Source of the DNA: a virus
Lineage: Duplodnaviria; Caudoviricetes
Strand: one strand, 5' to 3'
Length of the DNA: 54,512 nt
IMG/VR virus record: IMGVR_UViG_3300007363_000026
Coordinates: 1 to 54,512 of that record
A program made the translations under genes and the position numbers. Positions 38,283-46,497 of this stretch are shown here, piece after piece (positions within the stretch are counted from its first letter, which is position 1; each line of letters begins with the position of its first letter). A model generated the notes under the pieces. The model had not been told where the DNA came from, did not search any database, and saw only the letters and a list, made by a program, of their open reading frames with translations.

Positions 38283-38576
38283 TCATGCCGCCTCCGTTTG
38301 CTTGATCACCAGATCATCACAATCGTCTAGTTCGTCACTTGAGACGATTGGAATTCCAGTTTTTGCACAACGGCGCGCTTTATTGCCTTCTGGCTTGATT
38401 AGGTCGACGCCAAATGACGCAAACGTTTCCCATGCGTCAGCCTTCGCGGCTTCCAGCGCTTCAAGCTCAGCGCTCGTTCCGCCGAATTCCACCGCATCCC
38501 AGAATTGATTGAGCGATGCCGTGTAAAGCTCGTATGCCTTAGCGGCCATTTCGCGTTGGTCGATTGATGGGGTCAT
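38283..38576 (-). CDS. hypothetical protein
   Basis: ATGA-coupled; ends in EAA. Confidence 0.6.
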   Translation of the reverse strand: MTPSIDQREMAAKAYELYTASLNQFWDAVEFGGTSAELEALEAAKADAWETFASFGVDLIKPEGNKARRCAKTGIPIVSSDELDDCDDLVIKQTEAA

Positions 38577-39190
38577 TCTTGGCTCTCGTGAAAGGTTGCC
38601 AAAAGTTCGTAAAGCCGGAAGATCTCTGCGTCTGACAACTGAGACCTGTCCTTGAGCGCATTTAGCTCGCTACGAAGGGCAATCCTTTGCCTCTCGCGAT
38701 CCGCCGCGCCTGCATCCCACTTGTCCCAATACTCCTTGTTCCGTACGCTCTGCTCGCGCTCGCACTTTGGACACAGCGGCAAGCTTTTAAGTTCGAACAA
38801 TTGCGTGCGAGATGTCACCGGCACCCGCTCTGCGCATCCGTTCGTACGGCATGCATGGGAGATGGTCGGATGAGCGCCGATAATGTCGCGCAGCCGCTTT
38901 CCGAAGCGGGCAAAGCGCACAAGATCCTGTGGCCACCCCTTCGGCGCCTGCGCAGCCTCGTCCCACTCTAAAAAAAGAGCAGCACAAAGCGCGTTGACGT
39001 TTACTTCTGGAACTTCCCAGTACAGAAGTCTGATCGCACGAAGGCGATCAGACCGGTCAGAGATTTTGCAAAGACCAATGGCGACCTCCTGCATGTCGTC
39101 GGTGATCTCCGCAATACGCCTAGAAAGCGCCGCGCGTTCGTCGATGAGATTGGCAATTTTCTGGATTGCAATGCTCGCTTCGCTACTCAT
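38573..39190 (-). CDS. Zn-finger hypothetical protein
   Basis: ATGA-coupled start at 39190; CRTNGC...CPKC. Confidence 0.6.
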   Translation of the reverse strand: MSSEASIAIQKIANLIDERAALSRRIAEITDDMQEVAIGLCKISDRSDRLRAIRLLYWEVPEVNVNALCAALFLEWDEAAQAPKGWPQDLVRFARFGKRLRDIIGAHPTISHACRTNGCAERVPVTSRTQLFELKSLPLCPKCEREQSVRNKEYWDKWDAGAADRERQRIALRSELNALKDRSQLSDAEIFRLYELLATFHESQE

Positions 39191-39801
39191 CGCACCACTC
39201 CATGCAGAACCATGTCGGCCAATTCCTCGCCACGGCGAACCATCTTCCCACCAAGGTCTGCCAAGGCAGCGGCTTGCGGCCATCCTCCACGAAGCGCCTT
39301 TTCGTAGGCGGCTTGAAACGCATCAGCATCCGCCTTGATGTCTCGCGCCTCGTACTCGTTTGGAGCGCGGCCCTTGGCGCGACAGAAGTCGTGCAGACCA
39401 CGAATCCAGCCCTCTTTCGCGGCGGCTCGCCCCTGCTGGGTTTTGATCAGGTTGTCCGCCAGATCCTTGCGCTCGTCTGACCAAAACGTGGTTTTTCTTT
39501 CGATGGGCTTTCCGTCCAGCGAAAGCTGTTCCTTCTGACGCTCCGCATCGAGCCAATACTTGGCCTCCTTGCAAGCAGCCAGGCACTCGGCAATCGTAGG
39601 CATCCACTGCTCACCTTGCCGCTTTCCGCGCGTCAGGATGATTTCGCGGCACGCTTTGGCCAGAACCTCGTCGGCATAGCCGCCAAGTTCCCGAACCATG
39701 AGCGTTGACCAGTTCTTTTCGCGCTCTTCGTCCCAATCGCGGCGAAAGCTGAAGTTGACGGTCAGGTCGTCGATGAACTTCAAGACCCCCTTCGTGCTCA
39801 T
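39187..39801 (-). CDS. replication-module protein (helicase loader-like position)
   Basis: Directly after the initiator; W.PTIAEC motif. Confidence 0.55.
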   Translation of the reverse strand: MSTKGVLKFIDDLTVNFSFRRDWDEEREKNWSTLMVRELGGYADEVLAKACREIILTRGKRQGEQWMPTIAECLAACKEAKYWLDAERQKEQLSLDGKPIERKTTFWSDERKDLADNLIKTQQGRAAAKEGWIRGLHDFCRAKGRAPNEYEARDIKADADAFQAAYEKALRGGWPQAAALADLGGKMVRRGEELADMVLHGVVR

Positions 39802-40799
39802 GACCGCCCCCGCTGACGATCGAACGCCTCAGCCGCTTCTTCCGCGTGCTTTCGGATGCGCTCGCGCTTTGCTGCAACGTCATTCGCCGCACCTCTTGGC
39901 ACTTGCGACTTGCCGCTGTTTTTGATGCGCCTAGCTGTCTCGATCAGATACTTGTATGGCGAAGCAATAAATTGCCCGCCCATGTTGGCCAGCGTGACGG
40001 AGTAAGCCTCCATCATGGCGTCGGTGCCGAACGTCTTCACGTTCGTCGTTAGCATGCGGCGAGCGTCTATCGTCTCGACGAAGGCATGCTTCGAAATGAA
40101 CGCGACAAGGTCGTTTGCTGTCCCGTTCAAAACATCCAAATAACCACCACCACCGTCGCGCGCAGCGTCAGTCTCCTGTGGTAGTAGTATATTATCTAGC
40201 TTCTGGTATATGGTTTCTGGTTTCTGGTTAGTGATAGAGCTGTGGCACGGCTCTGCTTTTTCACCGTTGATTTCATTGGTTTTTTTAGCGTCTACTGGGT
40301 GGGTAACACCCCCAGTAACCCCCCAGTGATCTGGGGGGGTAGTCTGGGGGGTGAGGTGGGGGGTAACTGGGGGGGTAGTCTGGGGGGTAGCCTCTTGCGA
40401 GGCCTTCGCCTTAGCCTCCCTGATTTGCTCTTCCGTGCGCCGCCGACGTTCGTCCTCACGCTTCTTCGCGGCGGCAGCTCTGGCGGCTGTCTCTTGGCGC
40501 CAACGGTCGAATTCCTCAATGACGCGCTCGTTAATGAGCCGACCTTGCGCGCGGATGATCTTCCCCTTGGCGATGAGTGAATTCATCACCTTTTCCAGCT
40601 TCAAGGGATGTACGCGGAGAAGCATGGCACAGCGCTTGTAGTCGTCTGGAAGCGTTGACGCTGTGTCGTACATGTACATGCAGATGCGGATATAGAGCCC
40701 CTCTTCCTCGAGGTTCAGGGACAGGCATCCGGTGCGCCAGTCAGACGGGAAAAAGCGGGCAAACGTCATGCCCTGCGGAGAGATTTCGTAGGGGTTCAT
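39798..40799 (-). CDS. replication initiator, DUF1376/YdaU family
   Basis: F..FFPSDW..G...L.LEE.G.Y..I...Y N-terminus; internal iterons; NQKPET linker. Confidence 0.8.
   Translation of the reverse strand: MNPYEISPQGMTFARFFPSDWRTGCLSLNLEEEGLYIRICMYMYDTASTLPDDYKRCAMLLRVHPLKLEKVMNSLIAKGKIIRAQGRLINERVIEEFDRWRQETAARAAAAKKREDERRRRTEEQIREAKAKASQEATPQTTPPVTPHLTPQTTPPDHWGVTGGVTHPVDAKKTNEINGEKAEPCHSSITNQKPETIYQKLDNILLPQETDAARDGGGGYLDVLNGTANDLVAFISKHAFVETIDARRMLTTNVKTFGTDAMMEAYSVTLANMGGQFIASPYKYLIETARRIKNSGKSQVPRGAANDVAAKRERIRKHAEEAAEAFDRQRGRS
40295..40392. repeat. iteron array, probable replication origin
   Basis: About five direct 12-bp repeats related to TGGGGGGTAGTC plus inverted GTAAC(A/C)CCCC copies inside the initiator gene, next to an AT-rich stretch (~40180-40290). 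Confidence 0.7.
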
Positions 40800-40993
40800 G
40801 ATGCGACCTCCATGTCGGGGTCGCGCGTAAAGATCGCCAGCAGAACGCGCTGCTCGCGATTGGGGCGCTTGGCGCGCTGGGCGCGCATAATCGAGCGGAC
40901 AAGCTCACCCGTTTCTTTCAAGGTGAGTTTCTTCGCAGTGGCCTTCCAAGCGTGAAGGTCGATATTGACGACGGCTTCTGCATCAGGCGACAT
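40796..40993 (-). CDS. hypothetical protein
   Basis: AGGAG RBS; ATGA coupling. Confidence 0.6.
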   Translation of the reverse strand: MSPDAEAVVNIDLHAWKATAKKLTLKETGELVRSIMRAQRAKRPNREQRVLLAIFTRDPDMEVAS

Positions 40994-41017
40994 GTGTATC
41001 TCCTGTGCAAAAAACAG

Positions 41018-41135
41018 TTGAAACTGCCTCTGAGTTGTAGTAGACAGACATTGGATGCACTTTCGTTATTCAGCCCCGTGGCACGGGCTTACGGTTTCTG
41101 GAAACCCCGGCTGTGGCGGCCGGGGTTTTTGCTTT
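41018..41135 (+). ncRNA. candidate ~80-nt antisense sRNA unit (promoter plus intrinsic terminator)
   Basis: TTGAAA-17-TAGACA, two hairpins, terminator AAACCCCGGC...GCCGGGGTTTTT. Confidence 0.5.
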
Positions 41136-42151
41136 TACGCACTCACAGCTTTCGGTCCCGGGCGCAGAATTACGCGATCACGCCCATCCTTGCGGGTCCG
41201 GCAAATCCCTTCCGTTTCCCACCTGTCCAAGTAGCGAAGGACCGATGGGAGAGACCAATTCCAGCGATCGACGAGGATGCTGGCTTTATCGACGGTGGGC
41301 GCTTCACCAAGCATTCGGACCAGATCTTTGCGGGCCTCTGCTGGTTCGTATCGCCTTGACTGTGAAACTTTCCCGCCGGGTAAAACCTGCAGATTTGCTG
41401 GGTTTTTGGGGTTGTTTGTGAAAGTTTCACCGTCTCCGTCCGGTGGGCGGTCGATGCTGTTGGCTTTTGAGGGCGATTTTATCGGCCAAAGGGCGAACAT
41501 CAGGCTTGGGCCTAGTAGCTTCCCAAGCACGAGAAGCCCCACCACCCAGACCGAATTTGCGATCTGCGCGTTCTCAATTTCGACGCCCAGCAGCTTCTTC
41601 ATCACCTCAGAGCGCATGTCTCCGACGACAGCATCGACGGGTGCGGCTTTGACTTCGACGGGCTTGGTAACAAGCTCAATGACCTTGTCCTCTACCCTTT
41701 CCCGCTCTTTCGCCGTCCTGATCTGTGTTCCGGTGAGCCAGCTAAGGGTGCGGGTCCGCATCTCCTTGGCTTCGTCGTTGGCCCGGTCGGTGGCGTCCTT
41801 CATGCTTTTGTTCTTGGCCTCGACCTGGCGAACCTTGCCGATGGTTTCGCCAGCGAAGAAACCGACACCATTCAGAGCGCTGTAGCCCATGTAAGCGCCG
41901 GTTGCGGCAAACAGGATCGCGGCCATGGTGTAGCGACGGGCGCGGTAAAGGGCGCCAGAGCCGCACACCAGCAGGAAGCCAATGGCTGAAACAATCGCCA
42001 TAGTGACGGGCTGGAAAGTCTTGCCGGCCTGCGTCAGCGCGGTTGCTTCACCGTAATGAATGTCAATCAGGGCCATGACGACATAAGCCGCCACGCCTGA
42101 AAGGCCGAAGCCAAGGCAAATAATGCGAGGGACTTGAGGTGTTTGCCGCAT
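41135..42151 (-). CDS. multi-pass membrane protein with C-terminal HTH-like domain
   Basis: About four hydrophobic helices, a coiled coil, and RWNWS..SV.RYL.RWE.EG. Confidence 0.65.
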   Translation of the reverse strand: MRQTPQVPRIICLGFGLSGVAAYVVMALIDIHYGEATALTQAGKTFQPVTMAIVSAIGFLLVCGSGALYRARRYTMAAILFAATGAYMGYSALNGVGFFAGETIGKVRQVEAKNKSMKDATDRANDEAKEMRTRTLSWLTGTQIRTAKERERVEDKVIELVTKPVEVKAAPVDAVVGDMRSEVMKKLLGVEIENAQIANSVWVVGLLVLGKLLGPSLMFALWPIKSPSKANSIDRPPDGDGETFTNNPKNPANLQVLPGGKVSQSRRYEPAEARKDLVRMLGEAPTVDKASILVDRWNWSLPSVLRYLDRWETEGICRTRKDGRDRVILRPGPKAVSA

Positions 42152-42393
42152 CAGTTCTTCGTGTTCTTTGCGGACTGTTCCATAGCTTCCTGAATGTCGG
42201 CGCGGACACTGAGGATGCGCGGAAGGTGTTCGATGAAGTCTTTGAGGAAGTTCATGTCGGGCGGTTGCCCTGTCAGAACCGCGTCTGCAATGAGGGGCAT
42301 CTCAAGCGAGATTTGGATGCCTGGATAACCGACATCGATCATCGCTAGAGCGATTTCCTGCCTGGTTTCTTGCTCCAGGGTTTTCTTCTTCAT
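42151..42393 (-). CDS. hypothetical protein
   Basis: GGGAGG RBS; coupled ORF. Confidence 0.55.
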   Translation of the reverse strand: MKKKTLEQETRQEIALAMIDVGYPGIQISLEMPLIADAVLTGQPPDMNFLKDFIEHLPRILSVRADIQEAMEQSAKNTKN

Positions 42394-42578
42394 GACGATG
42401 AAGCCTCCCGGCACGACGCCGCGATGATTTGAAGGGTGAGTGAGCTTTCGCGATCGTGCGCCCAAACCTCGCCGCCTGATTTAAGCGCGTTGACGATGGC
42501 CTCGCACTTTTCCCGGGGCATCTGGACCTCTTGAACCGCGCCACCGAAAAAGAGGACTGTTGCGATAACGAGGGTCAT
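42390..42578 (-). CDS. small hypothetical protein
   Basis: GGAGG RBS; ATGA coupling. Confidence 0.55.
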   Translation of the reverse strand: MTLVIATVLFFGGAVQEVQMPREKCEAIVNALKSGGEVWAHDRESSLTLQIIAASCREASSS

Positions 42579-43030
42579 GCGGATACCTCCTCAAGTTGCC
42601 GCTCGACAAATGCCGCGGCTCTTGGGGGCGGGTTCGTGTAGCAAGCCTGGAGATGGGCGAGGCAGTAGGACGAGCCTGGGATCGCATCGCCGCCACAGAA
42701 GGCGTAGGGAGGCGCATCGCCGTGCGGATACCTGCACTTACGGTCGAATGGCTCAAGGTCGTGCAGATCGCAGCGACTAGCCCTCGGGGCGATTGTCTCT
42801 GGAAGGTGCCGAGGCGGCTTGATGGCGCTCAGGATGTAGTTGCCGAATAGCGCCTCGGTCTTGCGCTTGCGAACCTCTGCTGGCCTAAGGCGAAGGCCTA
42901 GACGGTGGACTTTGCCGATAACGCTGTTGCGGCTGGTGCCAAGCCTGGCGCCGATCTGGGATGCGCTCAAGCCCTCTTCAAGCCACATGCGGCTCAGGGC
43001 TTCGATTCGGTCGTCTGTCCAGAGAAACAT
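42575..43030 (-). CDS. gcrA: GcrA-like cell-cycle regulator
   Basis: WTDDRIEAL...W..G.SASQI...LG.SRNSVIGKVHRLGL and CRYP.GD...FCG...SYC..H. Confidence 0.9.
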   Translation of the reverse strand: MFLWTDDRIEALSRMWLEEGLSASQIGARLGTSRNSVIGKVHRLGLRLRPAEVRKRKTEALFGNYILSAIKPPRHLPETIAPRASRCDLHDLEPFDRKCRYPHGDAPPYAFCGGDAIPGSSYCLAHLQACYTNPPPRAAAFVERQLEEVSA

Positions 43031-43111
43031 AGGCGTGGCCTCAAGATGGGTGGAGACGCACGCAACTACTGGGTAGCCTCACTCAAGCCGGGGCTGACGT
43101 TACCGCGTTGA

Positions 43112-43324
43112 CTACGCAACTTTTTCTTCGCCAATTGGCAGCAAGAAGCTGTCGGCCGATACTCTGCCGTTCGTAGCCCTGATGATCCTCTGGAGTTGGT
43201 CCCGCTTCGGGAAACTCTCGCCGTTACGCCAGCGGTAAACCGACATGCGAGACACTCCCACGATTGCGGCAAAAGCCTCAACCGACACATTGTTCTCGCG
43301 AAGGTAGGCATCCAGTGATAGCAT
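43112..43324 (-). CDS. cro: Cro-like HTH repressor
   Basis: L.AYL.......AFA..VGVS..SV.RW..G...P.......I..AT.G.V....F; divergent from cI. Confidence 0.85.
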   Translation of the reverse strand: MLSLDAYLRENNVSVEAFAAIVGVSRMSVYRWRNGESFPKRDQLQRIIRATNGRVSADSFLLPIGEEKVA

Positions 43325-43331
43325 GCGGCGA

Positions 43332-43360
43332 GAGATACCACGAGACGTTACAACCGTCAA
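43332..43360 (-). promoter_or_regulatory. PR-like promoter with operator
   Basis: TTGACG-17-TATCTC with extended TG; the spacer carries TTGTAACGTCTCGTGGTA, shared with the PL-like promoter. Confidence 0.65.
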
Positions 43361-43454
43361 CGTGTGGAATGCCGGCAAGTGTGAGTAGACAATGGGTCCC
43401 ATCGGTGGCGTAATAACAGGTGCGTTTCTTGGTCTACCGGCATACCAAGCGGGC

Positions 43455-43955
43455 ATGATCAAGAATCGTATAGAGGAGCTGCGAAAGCTTCGCGGCTGGT
43501 CGCAGCAGGAGTTAGCCGACAAGGTCGGCATCTCGAAGATGGCCATCTCACGTTACGAGAATGGCGAAACCATCACGCTTGAGCGCATGCAACAATTGGC
43601 CGAAGCCTTCGAATGTAGCGTCGCCGACATCCTGAATTTTGCTGCGATTTCAAACCTCAAGGATGAGGTAGAACCAGCAAATGTCGGGCCCTTGGCTGTT
43701 GCATTAGCAAGGAAGAACCTGCGCGCCTATGTGGTGCGCGAAAGCGCCGTTCCGAGAGCTGGCATTAAAGACGGCGATACCATCACGGTAGACGAGAGCC
43801 GGGAAGCGCTCGCGGACATCCCCAACGCCGCCATAGTCGTGGCTGACGTAACCGCGAAAAACCAAGAAAAAACAAGGATTATACGTCAGTTCCTTAAGCC
43901 AGGAAATGCTGGTCACAAACCGGGCAGGAAACAACATCGTGCTTTCGTTGCTTGA
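43455..43955 (+). CDS. cI: CI-like repressor (XRE HTH + S24-like domain); C-terminus apparently frameshifted, intact form would end at 44004
   Basis: NRIEELRK.RGWSQQELADKVG.S...ISRYENG; I.DGD.I.VD; the +1 frame from 43906 gives MLVTN...VSLVGVVILE. Confidence 0.85.
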   Translation: MIKNRIEELRKLRGWSQQELADKVGISKMAISRYENGETITLERMQQLAEAFECSVADILNFAAISNLKDEVEPANVGPLAVALARKNLRAYVVRESAVPRAGIKDGDTITVDESREALADIPNAAIVVADVTAKNQEKTRIIRQFLKPGNAGHKPGRKQHRAFVA

Positions 43956-43962
43956 TGACGCA

Positions 43963-44709
43963 TCAGTCGACGTAAGCTTGGTGGGTGTCGTCATACTGGA
44001 ATGAACGCGCCCGGGCGATATGGATGTCCCTTCGACGGGCCGCTTGCTCAATGGCGGAGGAAAAACCAGCCTCGAGACCTGTGACGCGCCCCTGCCTAAT
44101 CATATCATTGACGATGTAAGCCAAAGGCGGCGCACCATGTCCGTCGCGCTGGATCAGGTCCACATAGATGCGCCCGTATTCGCGCCCCACCATGTCGTCC
44201 TCTTTCCAATCGTAGGACGGCTCAACAGACCAAAAAGCAGCCTGTGCCGAGCCATTTTTGCCATTCTTCTTGGTCTCAACAAACGGCAGTCCAGACTTTA
44301 AGGACGCGGGGCTTTCGCTGGAAAGCGCGGTTTTTGGCGACCTTGGCGCAACGGCAAAAGCCGCAACGATAGCAGCGGCGTATGCCGTGAGGTCTGCGGT
44401 GCCAGGCACGCTAAATGCCAATACCGGCGGCGTAATGAAGAAGTTGTAGAACAAAGCCGACAGAACGGCGGACAGCACGCCAGCCCTCACGCAAAAGCGC
44501 GAACTGATAATGGCGGTCGCCGCTACATATGGCGAGAAGTACCCAGTCTCGACTAGGTGCGCCCATGCGAGCCCGCTGTTGCTCGCCGTTATGATCGCAC
44601 AGGCCAGAACTGGCACATAGACAATTGACCACCCAGAGGTCGGCTCATAGCCGAAACGAACCGCGAACATTCCACGCATCGACGGACTCCGAGGCAATGT
44701 CTTGGCCAT
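43963..44709 (-). CDS. membrane protein with DUF4118 (KdpD TM)-like domain
   Basis: AGVLSAVLSALFYNFFITPP..AF.V....D motif within four hydrophobic helices. Confidence 0.65.
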   Translation of the reverse strand: MAKTLPRSPSMRGMFAVRFGYEPTSGWSIVYVPVLACAIITASNSGLAWAHLVETGYFSPYVAATAIISSRFCVRAGVLSAVLSALFYNFFITPPVLAFSVPGTADLTAYAAAIVAAFAVAPRSPKTALSSESPASLKSGLPFVETKKNGKNGSAQAAFWSVEPSYDWKEDDMVGREYGRIYVDLIQRDGHGAPPLAYIVNDMIRQGRVTGLEAGFSSAIEQAARRRDIHIARARSFQYDDTHQAYVD

Positions 44710-44830
44710 TAACTGCCTGCATTGTGTCTCCCCCCCCCAGTCAAGGCAACGCCTATTTGCAGTGAAGACAAAGGTTATTGTTGCGGGTGTGCAACAAAAC
44801 GGAAATTCACGCGCTACGTTATTTTCCCTC

Positions 44831-44859
44831 TTGCCTTTTGTAACGCCTCACGGTACAAC
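44831..44859 (+). promoter_or_regulatory. PL-like promoter with operator
   Basis: TTGCCT-17-TACAAC; contains TTGTAACGCCTCACGGTA (15/18 identical to the PR site). Confidence 0.6.
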
Positions 44860-44983
44860 TCTCCCTGTCACCGCGGCGATGGTTACTCTCAAACCCAACC
44901 ACGCCATGCACGAGGCCTGACGGTCTACCCCTCCTCCCTCGGAGGGCCCGTCGATCGCCGCGGTGACCTCCAGGGAGGCCACC

Positions 44984-45253
44984 ATGTCAACCATCACCAG
45001 CGTCGTTGCAGAGGAACACCTGACCGGCCACGTCAGGGCTTGGCTTGAGTACTTTGAGTGGGACGAGTGGGACATCACCCGCGTCGATCTCAACTTGGGC
45101 ACCATGTCCAAGCCGCGCTGGATTGAGGTTCGAGATCCTGAACTTCGCGACGCGCTGATCGACGATCTCTCCAACGACAAGCGCTTCCAGGCCGACGCTG
45201 ACCGCGCTCACGCGGACGCCTTCGATTTTATCCCGGAGGCATCCCATGGCTGA
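44984..45253 (+). CDS. acidic hypothetical early protein
   Basis: GGGAGG RBS. Confidence 0.65.
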   Translation: MSTITSVVAEEHLTGHVRAWLEYFEWDEWDITRVDLNLGTMSKPRWIEVRDPELRDALIDDLSNDKRFQADADRAHADAFDFIPEASHG

Positions 45254-45344
45254 GCTTGCAACAGGCATCTGGATCGGTGGCGCCATTGGCGTCCCTCTCG
45301 GGATACTCCTCGCCTCCCTACTCCACGCTGCAGGCGACCGATGA
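45246..45344 (+). CDS. single-TM micro-protein
   Basis: GGAGG RBS; MAELATGIWIGGAIGVPLGILLASLLHAAGDR. Confidence 0.55.
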   Translation: MAELATGIWIGGAIGVPLGILLASLLHAAGDR

Positions 45345-45469
45345 TCGACATCCTCTCCCTGCTGATCGGCGCCGCAGCCGGATCAATCACCACCATTGCA
45401 GGCATCGCCCTCTGGGGCCGCCGCGCAGTCAAACAATACGAAGCCGACCGGAGTGACCCAAATGTTTGA
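45341..45469 (+). CDS. single-TM micro-protein
   Basis: ATGA coupling; MIDILSLLIGAAAGSITTIAGIALW... Confidence 0.55.
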   Translation: MIDILSLLIGAAAGSITTIAGIALWGRRAVKQYEADRSDPNV

Positions 45470-45605
45470 GATCGCAATCTGGATGCTTGGCGCGATCGCC
45501 GGCTTTGCAGTCGGACGCCTTGTTAGCGACCGCCAGTATCAGGCGATCATTTCCGACATCATCCGCCAGTCGGACGGGCTGATCTTCGCACCACGGAGGA
45601 ACTGA
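45462..45605 (+). CDS. single-TM micro-protein
   Basis: GGAG RBS; MFEIAIWMLGAIAGFAVGRL... Confidence 0.55.
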   Translation: MFEIAIWMLGAIAGFAVGRLVSDRQYQAIISDIIRQSDGLIFAPRRN

Positions 45606-45606
45606 C

Positions 45607-45840
45607 ATGGACAAGTCTTTCATCGTCACTTTTTCCATCACTGGCGAGGTTCGCGTGATGGCTGAGAATTCAGACGCCGCTTATCAGCACGTCATGGAAA
45701 TGACGCAGCGGGAGCTGGCGGACCTGGGTGAGTTGGAAGTGTTTGCACCAGAGACGGACGAAGATCGTGAACGTGCGTGGGAACTTTTCCGGGAACGTAT
45801 CGCACGAGGACGCAAGGATGACGACGCAATTCCTTACTGA
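45607..45840 (+). CDS. hypothetical protein
   Basis: GGAGG RBS. Confidence 0.65.
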   Translation: MDKSFIVTFSITGEVRVMAENSDAAYQHVMEMTQRELADLGELEVFAPETDEDRERAWELFRERIARGRKDDDAIPY

Positions 45841-46078
45841 CGAGGACCGAGAGATTATCAGGAAGCTGAGCGATGACGTTAACCGCCAGCAGGAAGCCTT
45901 TGCCGCGCAGATGGAGCGCTCCAAGCAAGCGTTCACTGTTCAGTACTCTGCGGCCGATGGCGCACCAGCATTCGCCGAGACGGTCTACGCAGCAAACGCA
46001 GAAGAAGCGCAACGCGTCGGTGAAAATCTCGCATACGTTCAGCATATCAAGACACGTTTCGTAAAGGTGTGGTCATGA
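45818..46078 (+). CDS. hypothetical protein
   Basis: MTTQFLTDED...; GAGG/AAGG upstream. Confidence 0.55.
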   Translation: MTTQFLTDEDREIIRKLSDDVNRQQEAFAAQMERSKQAFTVQYSAADGAPAFAETVYAANAEEAQRVGENLAYVQHIKTRFVKVWS

Positions 46079-46497
46079 GCGAACAAACATTCGGAAACGC
46101 CGCCCTGCAACACTGGGACGAGCTTGAAGCAGCGGCAGAGGCGCGTCGCGAAGAACGCGAACGCCTTGAGCATCCCGTTCGCATCGCCTTAGCGCGCATG
46201 ATCCATGACGTGATGTACGTTGGCGCGTTTGACATGGAGCATGAGTGTGAGGCGCACGACGGCGCGGACGCGATAATCGCTGCGTTTCCCGCCATCCTTG
46301 ACATGAAGCACGTGCCCATGCCGCCAGTCATGTCGGCCTGGGAACGTCTAGCCGTTTGCAATCACCCCATTCGCGTCAAACTCGCCCAAGTGATCCATGA
46401 CGGCATGTATGTCCGGTCATTTGATCCCGAGCGCGACGTTGAAGCGTGGGATTGCGCGGATGTGGTGCTTTCGGAATTCCCGGAGCTACTGAAATGA
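46075..46497 (+). CDS. hypothetical protein with an internal tandem duplication
   Basis: Two HP.R..LA..IHD.MYV..FD.E...EA.D.AD......FP.LL units. Confidence 0.65.
   Translation: MSEQTFGNAALQHWDELEAAAEARREERERLEHPVRIALARMIHDVMYVGAFDMEHECEAHDGADAIIAAFPAILDMKHVPMPPVMSAWERLAVCNHPIRVKLAQVIHDGMYVRSFDPERDVEAWDCADVVLSEFPELLK

Noticed and set aside
40295-40392. CRISPR-like or simple tandem repeat
   Set aside because: Repeats are 12 bp with no unique spacers and lie in frame within the initiator gene.
43866-43872. A6 run as the site of the cI frameshift
   Set aside because: Shifting there would destroy the IRQF..P segment; the break fits better at 43902-43906.
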